From assembly GCA_964106915.2 (NCBI GenBank), contig OZ066928.1: DNA of 64,000 nt. One strand, given 5' to 3'. Source of the stretch: Podarcis gaigeae. Lineage: Eukaryota. The notes beneath the pieces are model-generated. The model was not told where the DNA came from. It saw only the letters and a program-made list of their open reading frames with translations, and searched no databases. A program made the position numbers and the translations under genes. Each line of letters starts with the position of its first letter. Position 1 is the first letter of the stretch. Below, piece after piece: positions 36,901 to 47,900 of this stretch.

Positions 36901-39900
36901 CCATAAATAAGAATAATGTGCACAAATGTGTGATAATAAAGTTTAATATTACCAGCATAATAGTAATATGAATGTTACTAGAGCCTTCAGGTACCCAGCA
37001 GTGTGAATCCCTGACACTGACCTTGCATATAATGGTTGCCTCTCTTTGTGGGGATTTAGATGCTTGTGTGCACTGTGGATGGTGAACTATACCCTACTCA
37101 GGAAGAGCCAGCGCCAGCGACTACTGATGCTAAAACTCCTTCAAGTACCGATGTCAAAGCCAATAAGAAGAAAGACAAAGACAGAGAGAAGAAGTTCCTC
37201 TGGAATCATGGCAGTGAGTAGAATATTTCATTTCACCTTCCTTACTCGACTTTGTGCCCGCTTCTCACTCTACCTCCAGAAAAGTCCCTTCCATTGATCC
37301 TCAAGGAGTTGGAGTATTGTTTGCCAATACAATACGACTAAGATTCACCCTCACCCTCTTGGTTTCTTCGAAATCGGGGAGCTGCCATTGGCTGTTCTCG
37401 TCTTTGCTGCCTAGCTCACTGCTCAAGGAGAGATCCATTTTCCCTTAGTAAGTCACAATGCCCTTCAGCTCTCCCTTTTGCCCCATGTAATTAATTTGCT
37501 GTGATGTTCCAGTTACTCTCCCACTGAAGAATGTGAGGAAGAGGCGGTTCAGGAAGACAGCCAAGAAGAAGGTGAGTTGCATCTCCTTGTTTGGTGTTAG
37601 CTTTGAATCGTTGCTCACACATGCTGTGGCAGAAAGCCAACCACAGTGCAAACTGAAGCAGGCTAAAAGTTCCACCAGATCAGATAAATGTTCACCAGTC
37701 TGGCATGATTTCATTGCTACATTGACAAGAAAGACAACAACAGAGGGTCACCAGCACAGTTGTGTCTCCATCTAGAACTTTCAATGAATGTATATTTGAT
37801 AGCTTGCTATAGTTGATTAAACCCATAAGAAGGACCTGAGCTCAATAGCCTGTTTTCATTTATGATTCCTAGCACCTGGTATTCAGAATCAGGTATGTGT
37901 CTGATACTGGAGGTAATATATAGCCTTCATGAGTAGTAGCCACAGTTTCAAAAGATGCACATTGCTTCAAACATTCTTTCTTATAGGAAAAATCCCACTA
38001 TAGATCATTCTGGTTTCTTAAAAAAACAAACAAAGAGAAATCACATGTCCTTGACTGACAAAATATAGTAATCCAGTCAGCAGGAACAGATTGACCAGTC
38101 TTGTGTGGTCTGTTTTGTTGTTGCTGTTTTTCAAGTGGAATTCCCATGATTCACTGATTTATATTTTTCAGTGTTTAAAATAAGAGAGCATAGAATATTT
38201 TAAGGCAGCTTCCCCCAACCCAGTGCCCTCCAGATGTTTTGAACTTGTACTCCCATCCTTGCCAGCCCAGGTTACCAATGGTCAGGGATGATGGGAGTTG
38301 CAAGAGAGAGTGGGGGCCCTCACTGTGATGGGGAAGGCTATGTGCTAAAGTGTGCCAAATGATCCTGAATATGCAGATCTAAAAACCGTAAGAAGTTCCT
38401 TGCTGGAACAGACCAAGGTCTGACTTATCCAGCATTCTTTGTGAGAATCTGAGCGATCAGGAAGCACTAAGTGATGTGCCATAAATTGTCCTCCCTGGTC
38501 TGCTGGTAGACCACAGTCTCCTTTCCGCCCATCTCCATTTGAAGGCCTTTGGAGAAGAAGTTGTGCCTTGCTTGGAATAATTGCAGGAATCTTGCAGGAT
38601 GGCTCAGGAATGCCTTTGAAAATGTAGGTAGAAAGGTTGCAGGTGTGTCTGTGGCATCCAGTAGGAATGACACTTTGGGCTGAGGCACAACCAACTTGTG
38701 GGTGCATAATATTGTTTCTCTTTCTTTCTTCCTCTCTGGCCCAGTACATTGAGTCTCCAGATGTGGAAAAGGAAGTGAAGCGCCTTCTGAGCACAGATGC
38801 TGAAGCTGTTGGAGTCCGTATCCTTTCTTTCTAGTGGTTGCTTTTTATGTAGACCAGTTTGCCATCTTAGCCTGAATACACAAGTGCTGAATGTGTGTTT
38901 GGGGGCAGAGGTATCCCACAATCTTGACCCCAGCAAGCATTGCATGCTTGTCCTCGCATGCATTGTGTGTCTCCTCTCATCCCCCACACTTGTGACTTTC
39001 TGCATGTTGCTCTGGTTAGGCCAGCTGGTGGTGGCTGTTGTTCTTTTTTTGCATTTGTATGGATGCAAGTAGAATTCTGTGTATGGCAAAGACCCAGAGT
39101 GGAAGAGTCTGCTTGCATCTGACTGAATGTGAGCAGACATATCCTGGCGGCATCTTTCTTGGGATTTATGGCACTTACAGAGGCTAGTCCATTAGGGCAC
39201 CTTGGGCACTGCCTTGCTAACTGTCCTCAGTCTGCCCTCAGCTGGTCACATCTGCTTGCCTTGCTATTTTCCTCCAGTCTGAAAAGTGGAATTGCTTGTC
39301 AGCTTCCTCTTTCTCAGTCTCAGTATTGCCCTTGTAAAACTCAGCAAGGAGGAGGGTGGGAACAGAACCAGAGTTACTGGCTCCACCTATCCTTGTCTCT
39401 GGTTGTACCTACTGTTCGTCTTCCTACCTTCTGCCCCACTAGTTCCAGTGGGTACCAGCCACCACTGCATTGTACCATACCTGTTCAGGAAAGCAGTGTG
39501 TGCAAAAACGAACAGGTGTAGACATCAATTAATGTGCTTCAGTGGAAAGCTGGAGAGTGTTTTCTAATCATCTGAAGAATATTGCTGTAGCATCAATTTT
39601 CCAGCGCAGATTCCATTTTTCTAGAGGATGCCTCCCTATTGAGCTGGTTTTTCCTTGACTCTTCTGTATCTGTTCTGAGGCTGGGAGGTCATTGCCGAAG
39701 ATGAAACAAAAGACCCTGACAACCATGGTTCACTCACAAGCTTGGATATTTCTTCTCCTGGACTGTCTGGACACAAACCAAGCCATGGTACTGCAGGTAT
39801 TGTCAAACTTCAGTAGCTCCCTAACTTGAAGAGCTGTAGATCATCTTATCTTGTATGCCAGAGTTTGAAGGTTCAGTCCCTGATACCTTAATAGGTATTT

Positions 39901-42611
39901 TGTGGTTTTATATCTTGGTTTTATTCTGTGAACTGCCCTGAGACCCCTGGGTGTAGGTAAAGGTAAAGGACCCCTGACAGTTAAATCCAGTTGTGAACGA
40001 CTCTGGGGTTGCGGCGCTCATCTCGCTTTACTGGCCGAGGGATCCAGCGTTTGTCCACAGACAGTTTTTCTGGGTCATGTGGCCAGCATGACTAAGCTAG
40101 GTTAGCAGGAGCTGGGACTGAGAAACGAGAGCTCACCCCATTGCGGGGATTCAAACCGCTGACCGTCCGATCGGCAAGCCCTAGGCTCAGTGGTTTAGAC
40201 CACAGCACCACCCGTGTCAGTATATAAATTCAATAAATAATAATAACAACCTCCAGTTAAAATTATTGGGAACCAAGTGATGAGAAAGACCCCTTTCTGC
40301 TTTAGTCCTAGAGAGACATTGCCTTTCAAAGTGGACAATCCTGAGCTAAATGAGCAAAGAATCTGACCTAGTATAAGGTAGTTGCCTGTATTCATATTCC
40401 AACTTGCTGATGCTTATATTTCTAGATGCTGTCATGCAGATGGCTAAGTACAAAATATATAGATAGTAGCTTTTGGGTACAGTTTTCTGACCCAGTGGGC
40501 TAGAGAAGAATTTAACCTGGCCTGGCAAGGAAGCTGGAGGTCTTTAAATTAAAACAGCGTCAAGAAGGCTATTTGTTACCATGCTAACCAAAAGGTTAGC
40601 AACACTTTTCTAGGATAATTTTTACTGTGCATATTGTAAACTATACTCTTCGCTTTTTCCTTGTTGCTTCAAAGCGATAGAACATGCTGAGCTCCGGGAG
40701 ATGTTTAAGGATGTCAGCAGTACCAGCAGTGATGAGGAGGAGAGGGATGACCTGAACATCATGGACACAGAAGAAGACTTAGCGAGGAGACTGCAGTGCA
40801 AGCTGAATGAATCAGATGGGCAACAGCAAGAAAATGAAGGGTCCAACCAGATAGGTATGATGCCTGAGGCCCCCAGGGAGGGAGGCTGTACAGTAGATGG
40901 GGTGGTCAGCTTGAATCAGGACCTTACTCGGCTTGTGCCAGAATGTGCTGAGGATTGTTTGACTTGTTTCTGGAAGTGCTAAGTTTTCTGCTCTGTCTTC
41001 CAGCCATGGGAATCCAGAAGCAGATTGACAACCTGAAAGACAAGTTGCAGGAGACCCAGGACCGCAGAAAGCGCCAAGAGGATCTCATCATGAAAGTAGA
41101 GAACCTAGCCCTCAAGGTGAATTCAGCATCACCACCCCTTCTCTAGAGAAGGTCTAATAGAAGCCTGCTCAGCTCAGCTGAGTTTGGCAGGTGTTTATAG
41201 CTAATAGGCATCTCGTTCAGCAGAGACAATAGTCCCTACGGTGGTAGAGTATATGATTTGCAGAAAGTCCCAGGCTCGTTCCCTGAATATCCAGTTAAAA
41301 AATAAATTAGGTTGCAGTTGGTGAGTCTCTGCCTGAGACTCTGGAGAACCACTGCCAGTTGGGGTAGACCAGAGATGGGCAATCTTTTCAGACCACGTGT
41401 CACATTCCCAGATGGGCAGCCTTCTGGGGGGTGAGTAGCACAATAAATGTCAGATTTACTTTTGTGCAGTATTCGTCCATCACTGTCTTCCATGCAAGCA
41501 ACTAGGAGGCAGTAGCAGAGTTCAAGGACGCATTCCAGCCAGACAGTAGCATGCAAGGGAGGTTGTAAAGTAGGGCTTCTTAGGGGTGTGGCTTGGGGAG
41601 ATTCCCGTGGGCCAAATAGAGCAGCCTGGAGGGTGACATTTGACCCCCTGGCATGATATTTACGCACCCCTGCAGTAGACAGTACTGAACTAGAATGTCA
41701 GCATTCTTCAGCCTTGAGTCTCCAGGTATTGTCTGACTACAGTTCCCATAATCTTAACTTAAGTAATTGTCGGGGATGATAGACGTTGTAGTCCATCAAC
41801 ATGGAGATCCATGGCTAAAGGAACACAAGATGGTCAACAAACTGACCTCATAGAAAGCAGATTCGTCTTGGGGAGCAGGTAGGTAACCCTAGTATATCAG
41901 GGCTCACTTCCTAGACAATAATTTGAGAAAGAACCTGAATAGGTAACCAAGTTTTAAGGAGAGTAATACAGCCCTGTGCTGTTTTCATCTTAACCCGTGG
42001 CTTGAGAAAATCCACACCCTTGGGTTATGCAGCAGCACAACCTGCGATTTTGCCACAGTTGCCTTTTTTGTGGTTGGTCTGTGTGGGAGGTCAGTGCAGG
42101 CTGAAGACCCAGCTGTGCGCATGAAACTGCCCTTTGCAAAAGAAAACCTATATGTGTTGTGTTCTTTTGTTAGAAAAGTACAGGAGCAACAGCCACATTT
42201 CCTGCCCATCTTGTTTTCCAGACCCGCCTCCAAGCTGTGCTGGATGAATTCAAACAGCAGGAAGAGCTAGAGAAGCAGCAGGTAAGGTGGTCTGTAAGGC
42301 TGACAAATGGGGCAGTACAGTTAATCAAGCTGCATTGTGAATCCACAAGCAATGCTAAAGTCTTTCCCCCATGTGATAATGAACCATATTTTCCCAACTG
42401 TGAACTTGAAAAGCTTTTTGTCATTTGAAAAAAAATTATGCTGCTGCTCTCTGGTAAGATACAGTGTGAAATGCTTGCCAGTAGCTGAACTGTCCACAAG
42501 TGCTTTGCAGTGTGGCTTAAGAGCTCTTAACCATATTTTGTCTCTCTACATTCTGTTTCTCTTCAGCTGGCCTCTCTTCAAGAGCAGCTAGAAGCCCTTA
42601 TGGAAAAGTGA
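33847..42611 (+). CDS. TAF7: TFIID subunit 7, intron-containing TAF7 (positional ortholog of mammalian TAF7L), 357 aa; join(33847-33912,34708-34786,36325-36458,37060-37213,37513-37571,38745-38817,39680-39796,40681-40854,41004-41116,42222-42281,42567-42611)
   Basis: [22 protein letters not shown]...LVDLPC...[13 protein letters not shown]...[19 protein letters not shown]...[15 protein letters not shown]...KVENLALK...LEALMEK*; 1074 nt in frame. Confidence 0.95.
34448..34686. mobile_element. Tc1/mariner-like MITE related to 28154-28398
   Basis: Reverse-complement similarity to that copy, including GCGCATGCG motifs. Confidence 0.6.
34708..34786 (+). CDS. TAF7: TAF7 coding exon 2
   Basis: Encodes [26 protein letters not shown]. 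Confidence 0.94.
36325..36458 (+). CDS. TAF7: TAF7 coding exon 3
   Basis: Encodes [44 protein letters not shown]. Confidence 0.94.
37060..37213 (+). CDS. TAF7: TAF7 coding exon 4
   Basis: Encodes [12 protein letters not shown]...EKKFLWNHG. Confidence 0.93.
37513..37571 (+). CDS. TAF7: TAF7 coding exon 5
   Basis: Encodes [20 protein letters not shown]. Confidence 0.94.
38745..38817 (+). CDS. TAF7: TAF7 coding exon 6
   Basis: Encodes [24 protein letters not shown]; followed by a U12-type donor. Confidence 0.92.
38818..39679 (+). other. U12-type (minor spliceosome) GT-AG intron
   Basis: 5' splice site GTATCCTTT; branch site TTCCTTGAC at 39651-39659; AG at 39678-39679; reading frame preserved (V-R|W-E). 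Confidence 0.9.
39680..39796 (+). CDS. TAF7: TAF7 coding exon 7
   Basis: Encodes [39 protein letters not shown]. Confidence 0.92.
39955..40218 (-). mobile_element. Sauria SINE, internally deleted
   Basis: Tail AGGTAAAGGTAAAGG and body similarity to the other copies. Confidence 0.85.
40681..40854 (+). CDS. TAF7: TAF7 coding exon 8 (alternative acceptor at 40675)
   Basis: Encodes [21 protein letters not shown]...DTEEDL...NEGSNQI. Confidence 0.9.
41004..41116 (+). CDS. TAF7: TAF7 coding exon 9
   Basis: Encodes [37 protein letters not shown]. Confidence 0.94.
41370..41672. mobile_element. hAT-like MITE
   Basis: CAGAGATGGGCAA...GCACCCCTG termini with a degenerate 8-bp TSD ending GTAGAC. Confidence 0.55.
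42222..42281 (+). CDS. TAF7: TAF7 coding exon 10
   Basis: Encodes [20 protein letters not shown]. Confidence 0.92.
42567..42611 (+). CDS. TAF7: TAF7 last coding exon
   Basis: Encodes [14 protein letters not shown]. Confidence 0.92.
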   Translation: MASLQEQLEALMEK

Positions 42612-43256
42612 GTCCGGCTTTGACACACCAAGCCAGTACAGCTGTGATGCCAACCGAAAAGCTGCAGAGACTGCTTGCCTTTTTTGGGGGGGGACCCTTT
42701 TTAATTCACCAGTGATAGACGGATTTGGTTCTATGACTGGGAAGCAGATCCCTGTCAGTTTTTGATGTTTTATTTGCCCAACGGACTGGTGTTTTGCAGC
42801 TAATGGACCAGACATGTGGACAGAAAATACCATCACTTGAGGGGAAGACACTGGTTCCCTCGAGCACACACACATGGTCCGTCTCCTGATGAAGATAGAA
42901 AAGTCTTAATTACAGTCTTGGTCCTTAATATTTATTACAATTTTCTAGAAGGCACCCAGAGTGGCTGGGGCAACTCAGCCAGATGAGCTGCATAGAAATA
43001 ATGATTTTTTAATATAATTAAAAAAAATAAAAATAATTTAATTATTTTACTTTATGCTGAGCCAGCATGCAACCTTCTCATTTTTATTTTTTATTTTAAA
43101 AAAGTAGCTTTTGCTCCTAAGAGTAGTGTGAAATGATTTCTTTCCTGGAAGAGAGTTATTAGGGCACAGTGCAGAAGCGACTTGTGAGAAGGAAAACACC
43201 ACTGTTCCCATCCTTCATGTGTTGTCTGTAAGAGGTTTACCTACAAAATAACAGCA

Positions 43257-43262
43257 AATAAA
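43257..43262 (+). terminator. Candidate TAF7 polyadenylation signal
   Basis: AATAAA followed by GT/T-rich sequence. Confidence 0.55.
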
Positions 43263-44023
43263 AATGTATGTTTATTGATCTCATATTTTTTGTAATGTGG
43301 ACAGTTTCCCCAAGATGGTTGGATACACACAAACTAATCCCAGCTTTCTCCCTCCAGAGGAATAGCTTTTTAATTCTTATGGCTAAACAATTTCAACACA
43401 CAATAGGTTCAGAAGGTAAGGGGTATCCTCATCATCAAGTATTCTGCCCATTCCTGCTCATGCTCTGTCCCTACACAACTTCGCACTGCATCATTCCATT
43501 TGTAGTCACAATCTAATAATCACTGTCTGTTATTTTAAAGAGAGTGAGTGAGTGAGTGTAATATTATGCCTCTTGACCTCAGTGTGGGTTGTGTCTTTTA
43601 AAAACAAAATGAACATGTGACTCTCCAGATGTTCAGCTCAGCTCCCCTCAGCCAGTATGGTCAGTGGTCAGAGATAATGGAAATTGTAGTCCAGTAACAT
43701 CTGGAGGTCCACAGGTCATTCCACCTCTGTTGTATAGATGCCATATAAAACAAATGAGAAAACTACTGCTAAACTTGAAAGCTAGCTATCTCAATCTGTT
43801 AATTTTATATAATTCCATTTGGATCAACCTGACTTCCTCCCACTGGAAGTTTGAACTCTGGTTTTGAAGTAAATTAATGTCCTTGAGTTAGGATGTCCTC
43901 TGGGTGGTACAACTTAGAGGATCAACTGAACAACCTGTCTCATCCCTGCCACTTGCTGCATGGTGAACATAATGTATGTTTTATGTACTTTTTATGGGGT
44001 GTACTTATAAGTATGTGTTGTAC

Positions 44024-44129
44024 TTTGACCAAACTGCGGGAGGCAGTGGAAGACCGAAGTGCCTGGCGTGCTCTGGTCCATGGGGTCACAAAGAGTCAGA
44101 CACGATTAAACGACTAAACAACAACAACA
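44024..44129 (+). mobile_element. BovB 3' terminal fragment
   Basis: ...GGTCCATGGGGTCAC...GACTAAACAACAACAAC. Confidence 0.85.
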
Positions 44130-44199
44130 TGGGTTTTACTTAGATTGCATTGAAATCAGATAAGTTGTGACTTTCAAGTTTCATTGATTTCAGTGGTAG

Positions 44200-44570
44200 C
44201 TAAGTGGGATTAACATGGAAACAACCCTGGGTATTGATGCAAAATATGCATTAAATCATGAAATGGGCTGCAACAAAAAGGCATCTAACAAGTGTAAAAA
44301 GAAGGTTTTCCAAATGTACCAAAAACATTCCTTACCTGGGGCACCATTTGATCTCTGGTTAACCCTGGGAGGGAGGTTTATGGCCCAGAATTCTTTTGTA
44401 GAGGAAGCATTTTCTACGGTGGGGCATTCACACTGTCTCAGCTAGCCCTAGGAAATTGCTAGCATCTTCTAGAAGGATGCTGGGGGATTTCTCTGTTTAC
44501 TAGACTAGCCTAATCTAATTTCATACCTACTAAGAAGGCAAATCCTGGATTAACCTGGCCTGGCAAGGAG
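44200..44570 (+). promoter_or_regulatory. Candidate photoreceptor-type promoter with CRX/OTX (K50 homeodomain) sites
   Basis: GGATTAA at 44207 and 44547 and CTAATCT at about 44510, all 265-610 nt upstream of the AIPL-like ATG. Confidence 0.5.
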
Positions 44571-44816
44571 GGGATCAGGAAGGCAGCTTTAGTGTGTTGC
44601 TTTCACAGCACATTGGAGAAGGTGACAAGGACCGGGACAATATCTCTGCCTCCAAAAGGGGTCTGCGCAGAGAAGAATTTCTGCTCAATTCTCTAGAGTC
44701 AGTTGGACATCAGTACCATCAAAATAGATTGGGAGTAGAAGTGGGTCTGTTGCAGCAAGGCATTGTAAAACAATCTAAAAAGTTCTCTGGAAAAGAAAGC
44801 CACTAGCAGCTCTGCC

Positions 44817-44912
44817 ATGGAAGAAACGTATCTACTTAACGTGGAAGGAGTCAAGAAAAAGATTTTACATGGCGGTTACGGTCCGTTGCCAGATTTCAAA
44901 GATGGGAGCAAG
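44817..44912 (+). CDS. AIPL-like exon 1
   Basis: gccATGG; encodes [32 protein letters not shown]. Confidence 0.92.
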
Positions 44913-47900
44913 GTAAATGGCTGCAAGCATAGAAACCATTAAAAATGTGTAAATAGGATCATAGGAAGATGTCTTACACCATGCCAACCTGTCTCATCTA
45001 GCTCATGGTTGTTATATACTGAGTTGCAATGGCTCTCCCAAGGTTTTGGACAGGAGACTTTCAATCCCAGCTGGAGGTGCTGGGTACTTAAATAGGGACC
45101 TTTTGCATGCTAAGCATGCGCTCTGCCACTGAGCAAGAGCTCTTCAGCAGTTATTAGCAATTATGGCTAAATTGAACCTCCATGTTTGGAGGCAGTATAC
45201 CCCGAATTTGAGTGGCTGGGGTCGGCAGCATGGAAGTGCAATTGCTTTCATGTTCTGCTTATGGGTTTCCTGGATGCATGTTGCTGGCCACTGTTGGAAA
45301 TGGGTGCTGGACTAGGTAGGCCTTTGATCTGATTCAGCAGGTAGTTGATTCTTAGGTAATTAGGTAAAAAGATGGGCAGCAGAAAGGTTGACCTGGAACA
45401 CTCCTCTTTATTCCTCTGCCTTCTGTCTCTTCTGACTACTGGCTTTAGAAAGCTGTTTTTTGGTTACAGAAGTAAAGCACACAGTAATAAGGCAGTGAAT
45501 CCTTTTCAGTTGTATAATATGCCTAACGTCTATAGAGCTGTGGAGGCTAAGCGCTGTGTCAGGTGCTAGCCCTATTCAGAGTAGACCCATTGTAATTAAA
45601 TGACCTACTCTCAGTAGGACTAGCAGCCCTACATATTTAAGTTCCTGTCCTACTTTTCAGTTATGTGCTTTCGGAATTATGACGCTCATTTGCTATTGGT
45701 TAGCAGTTCAAAAGCACGTCAAAGTGCAAGTAGATAAATAGGTACCGCTCTGGTGGGAAGATAAACGGCGTTTCTGTGTGCTGCTCTGGTTTCACCAGTA
45801 GTGGCTTAGTCTATAATGATTTTATTGCATTAGCCATGTGGCCATAGCATAATATACATAGAAATAACAACATAAAATGGGGGTGGGGAGATAAAAGTGT
45901 ATGCCGTTCTGGGCGAATACTTTGAGAGAATGGGGATAACAAAGGTAACGGGAGATTTAAAACATCGAGTGACAGAGAATACAAAAAACAGGTTCGATTG
46001 TGCGGCATATCGACTACATCTGTGGTATTGAGGAAGGAGTTGGTGCCGCTTTCCTCTTCATCACACTAAGCAGGAAATTAGCTGTCATCTCGGTAATCCA
46101 ACAGTAAGAATCCTGCAGAAGAAGGGACACTATCCAAGGCTGGATTGGGAGATGAAGCTTGTTCATGAGAGGAGTTAGAAACCGAGATCTTTCATCTGTC
46201 CAGTTGGGGCAGAAGAGCATTACATGTTCCATAGTCTCCAGAGCCGTGTCATTGCAGGTGCATGTTCTATTTGCGATGGGAACTCTGGAGTAACGACCCG
46301 ACAGAACTGCTGTAGGAAAACAGTTGAGACGGGCACAGGTAAAGGCCCTTCGTTTAGCCTCCGAAGGAATTGTAAAGCAGTATAGAGGGATCCCTTCAGG
46401 GGGTGGAATAGCTAGGGCTAAGCCTGAACACGGCCCTCTTGCATGGGAAGCTGTGTTAGAGAAGTCAAGTTGCTCCAGCTTCTTTTTGATTAGAGGCTTA
46501 TACACTCTAAATTAAAAACAGTTTTGCGGTTCAAATTGAGAAGAGAGCGGAGTTTGAGATTAATTGTAGTTTTCCAAGGAGAATTATGAATATCTCTTAG
46601 GATCAGATTGGAGAAACTACCTCTAATTCGAGCATCCGATGGTAGTAGGTGGGAGCTGTAGGAAATGGCTCGACTCCATGCTCGTTTTACAATTGAGGGC
46701 TGGGCGAACTCAAGTCGTAAGGCTGCACCTGAGACACATCTTGGGACGCCGGAAAGAGACCTCAAAAACATATGAAGTGGGCGATCCAAGTTACCTGATA
46801 TTGCTGTAGTCCATACTTCGCAGCCATATAATAGTTTAGGGACAACTTTGGCATTAAACATTTGAATTGCTGCTGGAAGGTGTTTGCCGCCCTTCTGGTG
46901 ATAAAATCGTACAATGGCATTAGAGGTCGTGGTTGCAGCAAGAGAGGCAGATTGTAGATGGGTGGTCCAGGAGAGATTATAAGTAAATATTAAGCCTAGA
47001 TATTTAAAGGCTTTTACCTTTTCTAAGTAGTGGCTTAGTCATGCTGGCCACATGACCGAGAAGCTGTATGCCAGCTCCCTCAGCGAATAAAGCGAGATGA
47101 GCGCCGCAACCCCAGAGTCGTTTGCAACTGGACTTAACTGTCAGGGGTCCTTTACCTTTACCTTTAAAGGACAATAATTCCCACATAGGGAGAGGAAACA
47201 GAGCAGACTCCCATTCAGTGGAGGAAGGCAATAAATAATTGCTCCAGAACACTGTGGAAGGCAAAGCAAAGGTGGTTCTGAACTTCCAGGGGTTTAGATT
47301 TGAGCTGACTAGAGCCCTAACCATATTAACTTTAGTTTGCCTTTGATCCAGATCACATTCCACTTCCAGACGCTAAAAGACAACTTTGAGAGAACGGTGA
47401 TAGATGACAGCCGGGGCCCTGGCATCCCCATGGAGATTATTGTGGGGAAGATGTTCAAAATCGAGGTGTGGGAGACCCTTCTAACTTCCATGCGGATCGG
47501 CGAGGTGGCAGAGTTCTGGTGTGATGCTATTGTGAGTGTGTAATTGTGCCAGCATACCCTGAACACATGAAATTGTCAAGTTCATGCCTACCCTAATTAG
47601 CAGAAAGTTATTTGCAATTGACTATCAAGCACCTGGTACCCTTCAGATGCTGTTGAACTCCAACTCCCATCTTCCCATCTAGCATGGCCAGTGGCCAAGG
47701 AAAATGGGAGTTGTAGTCCGTCAACATCTGGAGAACACCACAGTAGCTATCCTAAAATATGCTCACAACTTCCCATCATTTGACCTAGCTATCCAGATTC
47801 ACTAAAATAGTTCCCCAGACTCCACCTTTTCAAAGTTTCTGGAACGTAGGAAGCTCCCTTATACCGTGCCAAATTATTGGTCCATCTGACCCAATACAGT

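Noticed and set aside
42608-42613. GTGAGT donor consensus overlapping the TAF7 stop, suggesting a TAF7-AIPL fusion
   Set aside because: It would be phase 2, whereas the AIPL-like acceptors are phase 0 or 1, and the protein already ends at the expected C-terminus.
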